DNA from: an uncultured Candidatus Saccharibacteria bacterium
GTDB taxonomy: Bacteria > Patescibacteriota > CAZHWT01
DNA length: 64,000 bases
Assembly: GCA_964554805.1 (NCBI GenBank)
Contig: CAZKPX010000006.1
Coordinates: forward strand, 11,356-75,355
Reading direction: 5' to 3'
The notes under the pieces are model-generated. The model saw only the letters and a list, made by a program, of their open reading frames with translations. It did no database searches and had not been told where the DNA came from. Below are positions 28,097 through 36,393 of this stretch, in pieces (the first letter of the stretch is position 1; each line of letters opens with the position of its first letter). A program made the translations under genes and the position numbers.

Positions 28097-29527
28097 ATGC
28101 CCAGTTTATTTGATGGCCCTTTATCGATTGTAGATGTAGAGACTACCGGAACTTCCTATAAGAATGGTGGGGTAATTGAAGTGGGGATCGTGCGGGTCGA
28201 AGATGGGCAGGTGGTAGCAACATACGATCAATTAATTAATCCTGGCAGTCAGTTGCCGGCATTTATTACTAACTTAACAGGCATTCATGCTGATGATTTG
28301 GTCGATGCTCCAGCCTATGCTGATGTGGCTGATGAGGTGTTTGACATCTTGGATGGCAGTGTGTTTGTGGCGCACAATGCTCGGTTTGATTATGCCTTTA
28401 TTAAAGAGGAATTTCGTCGATGCGATTATCGATTTAACCCTCAATTGTTATGTACGGTTCGCTTGTCCCGTCAGCTCTTCCCTACTATTTCAAGTCACAA
28501 GCTCAGCTCGTTAATAAGTCATTTTGGTATTCAAACACTTGATAGACACCGAGCCTATGCCGATGCGGTGGCAACTTGGCAACTATTGCAGATAATGGCC
28601 GATCAGAGGTCTGAGGCCGTTTTTGATATGGCGGTTACACAGCAACTCAAGACGCCCAGTTTGCCAACTCAACTGCCGTTGCAGGCGATGAGCGAGCTGC
28701 CTGAGGGTCCTGGTGTTTATCTATTTACCAATAGTCAGGGCGCCACCTTGTATGTTGGCAAAAGTATCAATATTAAACAGCGGGTGTTGTCGCATTTCAA
28801 TGATGATCACCGCCTGGTTAAGGAAATGAAGATTGCCCAGGAGATTGCCGATATCCAAACAATTCCTACGGCTGGCGAGCTAGGTGCTTTGCTGTTGGAG
28901 TCTAAGCTGATCAAAGATATGTTGCCGATACATAATCGGATGCTGCGCCGTCAATCAGAAATGGTGGTGGCCATAAAGGGTCAGGATAAAAAGACCGGCT
29001 ATCCGACAGTCGAAACCCATCGAGGGGTGACGGCTGATGAAGTGCAGCGGATTGGCTTTGAGGCAGTGCTGGCCGTGTATAAATCAGAACGTCAAGCCAA
29101 AGAATCGTTGTTGGCTATGGCCAAAGATAATAATTTATGTCAAAAGTGGCTTGGATTACAAAAAACTACTGGGGCTTGTTTTGCTCATCAATTGAAGCAT
29201 TGCCCCGGGGCCTGTGTGGGCAAGGAGTCCGTTTTGGATTATAGTCGTCGATTAGATGCAGCATTTGCGGCCAGTCGATTGGCTAATTGGCCATATTCAG
29301 GGCCGGTTATGGTGACAGAAGTTCGTGATATGGAGTGGAGCGTCAGCTATATTATTGATCAATGGGCGGTTGTCGGCACCATAGAGCAGAGAGATCAGGA
29401 TATTCAGCATCGGTCATATGCAGGGCGATTTGATTTGGATGAGTACAAGATTTTGAAACGATACTTGAGTAATCCACGACAGACAGTACAGCCCTTTCAG
29501 TGGTCTCTGCCGCTGAAAGAATATTGA
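28097..29527 (+). CDS. DnaQ-like 3'-5' exonuclease fused to GIY-YIG (UvrC/Cho-like) nuclease domain
   Basis: Exo I 'VDVETTGT', Exo II 'FVAHNARFDYAFI', Exo III 'YADAVATWQL'. Then GIY-YIG 'GPGVYLFTNSQGATLYVGKSINIKQRVLSHF' and a Cys cluster 'CPGACVGKE'. An alternative TTG start exists at 28079. Confidence 0.85.
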   Translation: MPSLFDGPLSIVDVETTGTSYKNGGVIEVGIVRVEDGQVVATYDQLINPGSQLPAFITNLTGIHADDLVDAPAYADVADEVFDILDGSVFVAHNARFDYAFIKEEFRRCDYRFNPQLLCTVRLSRQLFPTISSHKLSSLISHFGIQTLDRHRAYADAVATWQLLQIMADQRSEAVFDMAVTQQLKTPSLPTQLPLQAMSELPEGPGVYLFTNSQGATLYVGKSINIKQRVLSHFNDDHRLVKEMKIAQEIADIQTIPTAGELGALLLESKLIKDMLPIHNRMLRRQSEMVVAIKGQDKKTGYPTVETHRGVTADEVQRIGFEAVLAVYKSERQAKESLLAMAKDNNLCQKWLGLQKTTGACFAHQLKHCPGACVGKESVLDYSRRLDAAFAASRLANWPYSGPVMVTEVRDMEWSVSYIIDQWAVVGTIEQRDQDIQHRSYAGRFDLDEYKILKRYLSNPRQTVQPFQWSLPLKEY

Positions 29528-29634
29528 ATATAGGATATGGAATATAGAGTGCGAAGGTGATGGAGGCTTGATTTTTGAGTTTTCTATATTCGATATCCCA
29601 TATCCTATATCCAACCTGTGATATCATATATGAT

Positions 29635-30528
29635 ATGAATATACCAGATGTGAAGCGAAATGTAGCTCTGGCTCCTTATACCACCTATGGTATAGGCGGT
29701 CCGGCTGATTATTATGTTGAAGCTATATCACAAGATCAGTTAGCAAAAATCGTTATTGATGCTCGTCAGTCAGCCCTGCCCTATTTTATTTTGGGAAGGG
29801 GAGCCAATATTTTGGTTGCCGATCAGGGTTTTCGAGGATTGGTGATTCGAAACATGGCTCAGCATGTCGCGATGCAAGATGGGTTATTGATTGTAGAATC
29901 CGGCGCGGTTATTTCTGATCTGATCGCTTTGACTGCCGAGCAGGGTTGGTCGGGTTTGGAACATTTTGCGGGCATACCATCGACGGTGGGCGGAGCGATG
30001 TGGCAGAATCTTCATTTTTTATCCCCTGATCGAAGTAGAACTGTGTTTATATCCGAAATTGTCGAATCGGCCAAGGTGTTGATGCCAGATAGTTCTATTC
30101 AACAAGTAGGTGCTGAATTTTTTGAATTTGGCTATGATGATTCTTTGCTCCATCATCAAGAAGTGGTGGTATTAGAGGTAGGTTTGAGGTTAAATCCAGG
30201 CTTGAAGTCGGAAGTTCTTCAACAGATAGATAAAAATTTGCTGTGGAGACGACACCGTCAACCGCAAGTCGAGGACTGTCCGTCTTGCGGTTCAGTTTTT
30301 AAGCAAATTGAAGGTGTTGGGGCTGGTCGATTGATTGATGAGGCTGGTTTAAAAGGTAAACGAAGCGGTGGGGCTCAGATTTCTGAATTGCATGCCAATT
30401 TTATTATAAATACAGGCGGTGCAACTGCTCGTGATGTTCTTGATTTGGCAGCGCTGGCACAGGGCGAAGTACAACGTAAGCTTGGTTATGATTTGGAGAT
30501 GGAAATAAATCTAGTGGGTGAGTTTTAA
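29635..30528 (+). CDS. murB: UDP-N-acetylenolpyruvoylglucosamine reductase
   Basis: 'LAPYTTYGIGGPADYYVEA', 'LGRGANILVAD', and a C-terminal 'GGAQISELHANFIIN'-type segment typical of MurB. The upstream in-frame extension to 29575 is unlikely to be coding. Confidence 0.85.
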   Translation: MNIPDVKRNVALAPYTTYGIGGPADYYVEAISQDQLAKIVIDARQSALPYFILGRGANILVADQGFRGLVIRNMAQHVAMQDGLLIVESGAVISDLIALTAEQGWSGLEHFAGIPSTVGGAMWQNLHFLSPDRSRTVFISEIVESAKVLMPDSSIQQVGAEFFEFGYDDSLLHHQEVVVLEVGLRLNPGLKSEVLQQIDKNLLWRRHRQPQVEDCPSCGSVFKQIEGVGAGRLIDEAGLKGKRSGGAQISELHANFIINTGGATARDVLDLAALAQGEVQRKLGYDLEMEINLVGEF

Positions 30529-30590
30529 TGTGAAGGCTTTTGCTGCCTCCAGAAGCCCGATAAAGGGATCTTCTGGAGGCAGTATTGCTA

Positions 30591-31055
30591 CTAGAAATCC
30601 GGCTTGCCACCACCACTCAATTCACCGCCCGATCCACCTGCTCCTTCACTGGAATCAATAGTAGGGGTGCTTACATTTGCTGGCTCCACGCCTATCTCGA
30701 CGGCAGAGCTGCCGGTGCGGGGATTGTACCAGCCGGAGCACCCCTCCCGCTCCCCTACTCCGCTGAAGAAATAGAGCCCTGTATCTTGGTCGAAGGACAG
30801 GGATGTAACAGTAAAAGGTGTAAGCTGATCAGTCCGAGTTTTGACGTTAAGGTAAATAGGCGACTCTCTGCTTGCCGGAGCGAGGTACGCTTCTCCTAGG
30901 CTGCGTTTAAGCGCACCTAAGGTAATGCGGAACATTTGCGGCACTCTCCTCTTAATCGCTGGTCGATCTGGCATGGTCTTTCTCCTGAATAACCGGTTAA
31001 GCGATCTATCGATGGTGACTTGGGTAGTATATGATAAAGGTCTCCCCTCTTTCAA
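30591..31055 (-). CDS. hypothetical protein (Gly/Ser-rich C-terminus)
   Basis: 154-aa ORF fills the murB-mnmA gap on the opposite strand. No motif recognised. Confidence 0.3.
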   Translation of the reverse strand: MKEGRPLSYTTQVTIDRSLNRLFRRKTMPDRPAIKRRVPQMFRITLGALKRSLGEAYLAPASRESPIYLNVKTRTDQLTPFTVTSLSFDQDTGLYFFSGVGEREGCSGWYNPRTGSSAVEIGVEPANVSTPTIDSSEGAGGSGGELSGGGKPDF

Positions 31056-31130
31056 TGCTATAAGGTGTATTTTTGAAAAGACCGGCCGCGCTTTGACCTT
31101 GAGGGTTAAATGGTGTATTATCCTATAGCT

Positions 31131-32186
31131 ATGAAGATTTATGTTGGTATGAGCGGTGGCGTCGATAGTTCATTGACGGCAGCACTGCTTAAAGAACAAG
31201 GCCACCAGGTGACTGGTGTATATATGAAGAACTGGGCCGAAGAATGGTCTATTTTTGATTGTCCTTGGGCTGATGACCTGGAAGATGCTAGCAAGGTGGC
31301 TGAGCAGCTAGGTATTCCATTTAAGGTCTTTGATTTGCGTCAGCAATATCACGATACGGTGGTCAGTTATATGCTGGCCGAGTATCAAGCTGGTCGGACT
31401 CCCAACCCTGATGTGATGTGTAATCAGGAAATGAAATTTGGGGTGTTTATGGATTTGGCTTTTGAGGATGGAGCTGAAGCGATTGCTACCGGGCATTATG
31501 CTCGAGTCAAAGAGGGTAAGTTGTATGCCGGTTTAGATACAAACAAAGATCAGAGTTATTTTTTATACCGTGTTCGCCCTGAGATTTTGACTAAGGTCTT
31601 TATGCCGATTGGTGAATATAAAAAGCCAGTGGTTCGGCAAATGGCAGCAGAGCGTGGTTTGATTACTGCTCATAAAAAGGACTCTCAAGGCATCTGCTTT
31701 ATCGGCAAAGTTGATATGAAGGACTTCTTGCGTCAGTACATTCAGGCGGAGCCGGGTGAAGTGATTGATGAGCATGGCAAGGTGGTCGGCTATCATCAGG
31801 GGGCAGTTTTTTATACCATTGGTCAGCGATCAGGCATGGGCGTGGGTGGAGGCAAGCCGTATTATGTGACCGGTAAGGATATGGCTAAGAATCAGGTTTT
31901 TGTAACGACTGATAAGGAAGACAAAGATTTATGGGCTGTAACGATCACCATCGATCAACTGCATTGGTTGACCGAAAAGCCTGCGGCGGGCCAAAAATAT
32001 CAGGTTCGGCCACGATACCGATCGCCGTTGATGTCGGCTGAAATTGCAATTGAAGACGAGCGGGCTCAGATAAAGCTTGATAAACCAGCCCGAGCTATCG
32101 CCGAAGGACAATCGGTGGTTGTTTATGATGGAGATTTGGTGGTGGGCGGGGGAATTATCGTCGGCAGCACTTCGCCTGACAAGTAG
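31131..32186 (+). CDS. mnmA: tRNA-specific 2-thiouridylase
   Basis: PP-loop 'VGMSGGVDSS', 'CNQEMKFG', catalytic Cys region 'SQGICFIG'. Length matches MnmA. Confidence 0.9.
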   Translation: MKIYVGMSGGVDSSLTAALLKEQGHQVTGVYMKNWAEEWSIFDCPWADDLEDASKVAEQLGIPFKVFDLRQQYHDTVVSYMLAEYQAGRTPNPDVMCNQEMKFGVFMDLAFEDGAEAIATGHYARVKEGKLYAGLDTNKDQSYFLYRVRPEILTKVFMPIGEYKKPVVRQMAAERGLITAHKKDSQGICFIGKVDMKDFLRQYIQAEPGEVIDEHGKVVGYHQGAVFYTIGQRSGMGVGGGKPYYVTGKDMAKNQVFVTTDKEDKDLWAVTITIDQLHWLTEKPAAGQKYQVRPRYRSPLMSAEIAIEDERAQIKLDKPARAIAEGQSVVVYDGDLVVGGGIIVGSTSPDK

Positions 32187-32247
32187 GGTTGCCATGTAGC
32201 CTGGCAACTATGCAAAATGCCCGGGTCGACGACTCGGGCATTTTGTC
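32187..32247. terminator. bidirectional terminator hairpins between mnmA and rnc
   Basis: ttgcca-tgtagcc-tggcaa and gcccgggtcg...cgactcgggc-attttg stem-loops. Confidence 0.6.
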
Positions 32248-32280
32248 TCTCTATGGACAGAAGTCTTAGCGACGACTTCT

Positions 32281-33027
32281 CTATCTGCCAGGTAAGAACG
32301 AATTGAGGTAGTTCTTGGCAGCCCAGTATATCGATTGGGGGCGATCATCTCCATGGCCGGAGCTGAGGGTTCGTTGCCGATGCCTGAGTTGACAGCGATA
32401 TCGTGACCCCTCTCTGGTTGTCTGAAAGCTGGGCAGGCTGCCATGTCGCTGCTTGACTTTGTAATTGGCCAGCAAAGCAGGCTGATCCAGCTCGGTTGGA
32501 GAGAGCTTGATAAGTGATAGCGGTATAACCCAACTTTCCACCACTCTTTGAACCGCAGGCATGCCTTGATCTCTGTATAGTGCACCCAGAACGGCTTCGT
32601 AGGCGTCGCCATTGAGCCGAGCAGTCCAGTCCTCCTTGCGGTATCTCTGGAAATTTGGTAGGTCTATCCTCAGCCATTGGGTGATGTTGAGCAGTTGACC
32701 TTGCTGGCTGAGACTCTCGTTGCTCTTGAACCATTTCAGCAGCCTCTCGACCACTTCGTTTTTGCCAAAGTTGGCTTCGAGGATGTCGCAGATGGCTAGC
32801 TGAATAACAGCATCACCAACCCACTCCAGACCCTTGTTGAATGGCTCTGGTGGATTTCTCCAATCCATAAACGACGAATCGTGTGTCAGTGCTTGCGCGA
32901 GGAGTTCGATGTTGCGAAACCTGACCCCCAGCTTTTTTTCAAGTTGATCGAGCGGCCGTTGCCCCTTGGCAAAGTCCCAGGTTGAATCCTTGATTGGCTC
33001 TATGTGAGGCAATGTATAGTGCGACAT
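32281..33027 (-). CDS. rnc: ribonuclease III
   Basis: RNase III signature region 'HDSSF...LEWVGDAVIQLAICDIL' and a C-terminal dsRBD-like segment. Confidence 0.8.
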   Translation of the reverse strand: MSHYTLPHIEPIKDSTWDFAKGQRPLDQLEKKLGVRFRNIELLAQALTHDSSFMDWRNPPEPFNKGLEWVGDAVIQLAICDILEANFGKNEVVERLLKWFKSNESLSQQGQLLNITQWLRIDLPNFQRYRKEDWTARLNGDAYEAVLGALYRDQGMPAVQRVVESWVIPLSLIKLSPTELDQPALLANYKVKQRHGSLPSFQTTREGSRYRCQLRHRQRTLSSGHGDDRPQSIYWAAKNYLNSFLPGR

Positions 33028-33106
33028 GTGCTCACTCCTGTGGTTGTCGACAGTACAATGGCCGGATTATATCACGGTTGTGAGCCTCTGTCTGCGCGCT
33101 ATGTCT

Positions 33107-34357
33107 TTAGTGATGGTGGGAGTGGTCTTCTTTGGCGGTGAATTTGTTGAAGATGGGTTTTTGCCAAATAGGCCAGTCGATAGTTTTGGCAGCTAGATAG
33201 GTGGTGACGGGGACGGAGATGACGATACCGATGCTGACGACTAGGGTGCGGATTATTTCTTCGGCTACTATTTCGTAGTTAATAATTTCCATGAAGGGGC
33301 GTTCGGTTTGAGTGAAGAGGAGCAATAGTGGCATGGCTGCGCTGGTGTAAACCAAGATAAGCGTGTTTACCAACGAAGCGATATGGTCCCGGCCAACCGA
33401 CATGGCTCGGTCAAAGAGTTCTCTGGCGGGGATGGTTGGCTGAGCTTGTTTTAGCTGTTGAATAAAGCCTGCCTGAGTGATGGTGACATCATCGAGTACG
33501 CCGATTAAGCCAAGGACGATACCGGCTAGGATGAGTCCCTGAATATTTATTTCGCCGGGATTATTGGCGGCCAAGAAGCCGGCTTCGTCTGAAGCATAGC
33601 CTGTTAAGCGAGTTAGGTTAATGAAGTATTGAGCCAAAATGACAGCAATAGCCAATGAAGTTAGGGTGCCAATGGCGGCTGTGACAGTTTTTCTATTGAA
33701 GCCATGAGCTATAAAATAGGTAAGCGGTATCATGATAACTGACGCTAGCAGGGCTATTAAAACCGGATTGTGGCCTGCCAAAATCAGCGGCAGGATGACG
33801 GCGAAAATGATAACAAAGGTCAGGCCCAGACTGAGGAGTGAGGCAAGGCCTTTTCTTAAATTGATCAGAAGGATGAGTCCAATGAATATGGCAGCCAGCC
33901 AAAATAAGGGCGCTCGTCTGACATAATCTGAAATCTGATAGCTAGCCTGTCCTTGCGGAGTGGTGCTGGCTAGGATTTGAACTGTATCTCCTACTTTGTA
34001 TTGTTGGATATTAACCGAAGCGACTGAGCCGTGATCGATGGTGATGGTTTGACCTTTATTTTGGCCAGAGGTAATCAAAACTTCTAGAGTTTGAAATAGT
34101 TGCTGATGGCCCATTATCTCGGTTTGTTCTTCTGAAACAACCTTGGTAATGGTGCCTTCAAGGGTTAGGGTTTGACTTTGAGTCTGAGACACCGTGCCTG
34201 GTTGCTCTTGAACGAGCGGCAGGTCAATGGCGCTGGGGTTGACTTGGTCTGTGGTTTGAGCTTGGACTGAATTGAGACCAATCAGACCGTGCAGGGCGGT
34301 TAATCCAATAAAACTGGTTGCTATAAAAAGAAAGGTTAGGCGGGTGAATTTAGTCAT
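33107..34357 (-). CDS. YibE/F-family membrane protein
   Basis: Signal peptide. Thr/Gln-rich extracellular segment. Multi-TM core with 'GLIGVLDDVTITQA' and 'VGRDHIASLVNTLILVYTSAA' blocks characteristic of YibE/F. Confidence 0.6.
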   Translation of the reverse strand: MTKFTRLTFLFIATSFIGLTALHGLIGLNSVQAQTTDQVNPSAIDLPLVQEQPGTVSQTQSQTLTLEGTITKVVSEEQTEIMGHQQLFQTLEVLITSGQNKGQTITIDHGSVASVNIQQYKVGDTVQILASTTPQGQASYQISDYVRRAPLFWLAAIFIGLILLINLRKGLASLLSLGLTFVIIFAVILPLILAGHNPVLIALLASVIMIPLTYFIAHGFNRKTVTAAIGTLTSLAIAVILAQYFINLTRLTGYASDEAGFLAANNPGEINIQGLILAGIVLGLIGVLDDVTITQAGFIQQLKQAQPTIPARELFDRAMSVGRDHIASLVNTLILVYTSAAMPLLLLFTQTERPFMEIINYEIVAEEIIRTLVVSIGIVISVPVTTYLAAKTIDWPIWQKPIFNKFTAKEDHSHHH

Positions 34358-34952
34358 GGCTCGTTATGGGTTGGACGGTGTGTAGCCGAAGAATATTGTG
34401 AAAAATGGCTGAGCCGCTGGTGTAGTTTGGGAAGACTTCGGGATGAAACTGCAAGCCATAGAGAGGCTTTGATTTATGTTTTATGACCTCGTGGCCGTTG
34501 CTGGAAATGGCTAAGCTTTGTAGTTGAGGTCCGAGTTGATCAATGACCCAGAAGTGACTCTGGTGAACTTTGAAATTTCTTTGAGCTCTAAAAATGGGCG
34601 AGCTGCGCGTTATGGAAATGTGCTGCTGCCCCCTACTTCGATTGGCTAGTCGTCTCATCCGGCTACCATAAGCAGCGGCAATTATCTGTGCTCCCAAGCA
34701 AACGCCAATAACGGGTTTGTTTGTCTGTTGAACCAACCTAAACTGGTTGTCGTAAAATTTGGGATCGTATGATACTGATCGGCCAGTGCTACCGCCCGAT
34801 AGGATAATCAAGTCTGACATATTGGCTAGTTGCTGTAATTGATCAAACTCAGTCCGGCCATCAATTAGGGTGATGGCATGGTTGTGAAGACCGGCTAATT
34901 TGGCTAGCCTTTTGATATGGATGGTTCGATTGTTGACCAGGAGAATATTCAT
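34350..34952 (-). CDS. class I glutamine amidotransferase domain protein (GATase1)
   Basis: Nucleophile elbow 'VIGVCLGAQ' and 'LYGLQFHPEV' triad region. 200 aa. Confidence 0.75.
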   Translation of the reverse strand: MNILLVNNRTIHIKRLAKLAGLHNHAITLIDGRTEFDQLQQLANMSDLIILSGGSTGRSVSYDPKFYDNQFRLVQQTNKPVIGVCLGAQIIAAAYGSRMRRLANRSRGQQHISITRSSPIFRAQRNFKVHQSHFWVIDQLGPQLQSLAISSNGHEVIKHKSKPLYGLQFHPEVFPNYTSGSAIFHNILRLHTVQPITSHD

Positions 34953-35062
34953 TAGCTCAGCACATTATAGCAAAGCTGGGGAAGTTCAATAAAACCCAAT
35001 ATTGATGAATGTCACTATCAGGACTATCAAGTGCTATTAAGCCACTATTAAGGGCTATTAAG

Positions 35063-35221
35063 GTCCGACCTTGGCACGGCGCAATAAGGTCGGACCTTAA
35101 TTCTTGGCAATTCTTGGTAATCGATTTTGATAGCCTTAAATTTCGAGTCTTTTTGAGGTATATATCAACCTGGTATCGTTAAGGTCGGACCTTGGTACGG
35201 GGAGCTAAGGTCCGACCTTAA
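35063..35221. repeat. two pairs of perfect palindromes TTAAGGTCGGACCTTAA (family E)
   Basis: 35063-35105 and 35175-35221 each contain two AAGGTC(C/G)GACCTT palindromes about 20 bp apart. A third pair lies at 1487-1530. Confidence 0.8.
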
Positions 35222-35278
35222 TTTATTATCTTGTTTACTGGATCTGTTTCGACGTGGCAATAAGATGGTATCAGGAGT

Positions 35279-35626
35279 ATGCTTTATTCAAGTAATAACA
35301 AGAAAGGCCTTTCCATGGCATTGCCTCCACAGACAATCTCTCCGAACTATAGTTTTCGATTTGATGGCACAGATTTAGAAATTTATCAACTAAAAAATGA
35401 GGACTCTCCCGAAGTGGTATCGCTTGAAACCGGTAATTCGTTTACGTGGAACGATGGTGATGACTACGAATTATCATTAAGGAAAGTAATTGTGGATCAG
35501 GATTTAAAAGAGCGCTATGCAGAGAATGCTGGTATGGCAGGTCCATCTTCAAGCGGAGGTTTGTTTGAGCTCAAAACCACCAATAACCAAGGCGAGCTTG
35601 TGACAGAGATTGAATTAAATGCTTAG
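35279..35626 (+). CDS. hypothetical protein
   Basis: 115-aa ORF downstream of the palindrome pairs. No motif recognised. Confidence 0.35.
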   Translation: MLYSSNNKKGLSMALPPQTISPNYSFRFDGTDLEIYQLKNEDSPEVVSLETGNSFTWNDGDDYELSLRKVIVDQDLKERYAENAGMAGPSSSGGLFELKTTNNQGELVTEIELNA

Positions 35627-35667
35627 TCTAGCAATTAAGAAACTATATTGATCTTTTTAGTTTCTAT

Positions 35668-36269
35668 CTATATTGGCTTACTGCCTTGGGAAGTATGTAG
35701 TCTGAGAATATTGTTGAAAATGGCTGATCCACCGGTATGGTTTGGGAAGACTTCAGGATGAAATTGTAAGCCATAGTGAGGCTTTGATTTGTGTCGGATG
35801 ACTTCGTGCCCGTTGCTGGAAATGGCTAAGCTTTGTAGTTGAGGTCCGAGTTGATCAATGACCCAGAAGTGACTTTGATGGACTTTGAGATTTTTCTGAG
35901 CTCTGAAGATGGGTGAACTTTGTTGGACCGAGATATGTTGTTGCCCTCTGCTTCTTTTGGCCAATCGGCTCATTTTGACTGCCATAAGCTTTGGCGATTA
36001 TTTGGGCGCCTAAATAGACACCAATAACCGGCTTGTTGGTTTGCCTGACAAGACCAATTTGGTTTTGATAAAAGCCGGCATCGTAGGCGACCGATCGACC
36101 ATTGCTGCCTCCGGACAAAATGATTAAGTCAGCTTGGCTGGCCAAAGCCTGAAGGTCGGCAAAGGCAATCGTTCTGCTGACGGCGGTGATGGCATGATCG
36201 TGTTGACCAGCCAATTTGGCTAGGCGTTTGATGTGAATAGTGTGATTGTTGAGCGAGGAGAATGTTCAT
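35668..36269 (-). pseudogene. degenerate tandem paralog of the GATase1 gene (2 frameshifts; Cys to Tyr at nucleophile)
   Basis: Two overlapping ORF fragments (35855-36214 and 35668-35985) align to the N- and C-halves of 34350-34952. 'VIGVYLGAQ' replaces the catalytic Cys. The start 'MNILL' is retained, followed by a 1-nt insertion. Confidence 0.65.
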
Positions 36270-36393
36270 TAACTCAATTCATTATAGCAAAGCGTTGTTC
36301 AAATCGATGGATAGGCATCTCATGGTACGATTTATGCCAATTATAAATCACATTTCTGCAATATACTTGGTTGATTAATGGTATTATAGAAGC

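Noticed and set aside
29575-29634. N-terminal extension of murB from the ATG at 29575
   Set aside because: It encodes 'MSFLYSISHILYPTCDIIYD', which is not MurB-like. The conserved MurB N-terminus starts at the Met at 29635.
32208-32734. ORFs 32208-32612 and 32345-32734 (-)
   Set aside because: These are alternative frames inside the rnc gene. The RNase III signature is in the 32281-33027 frame.
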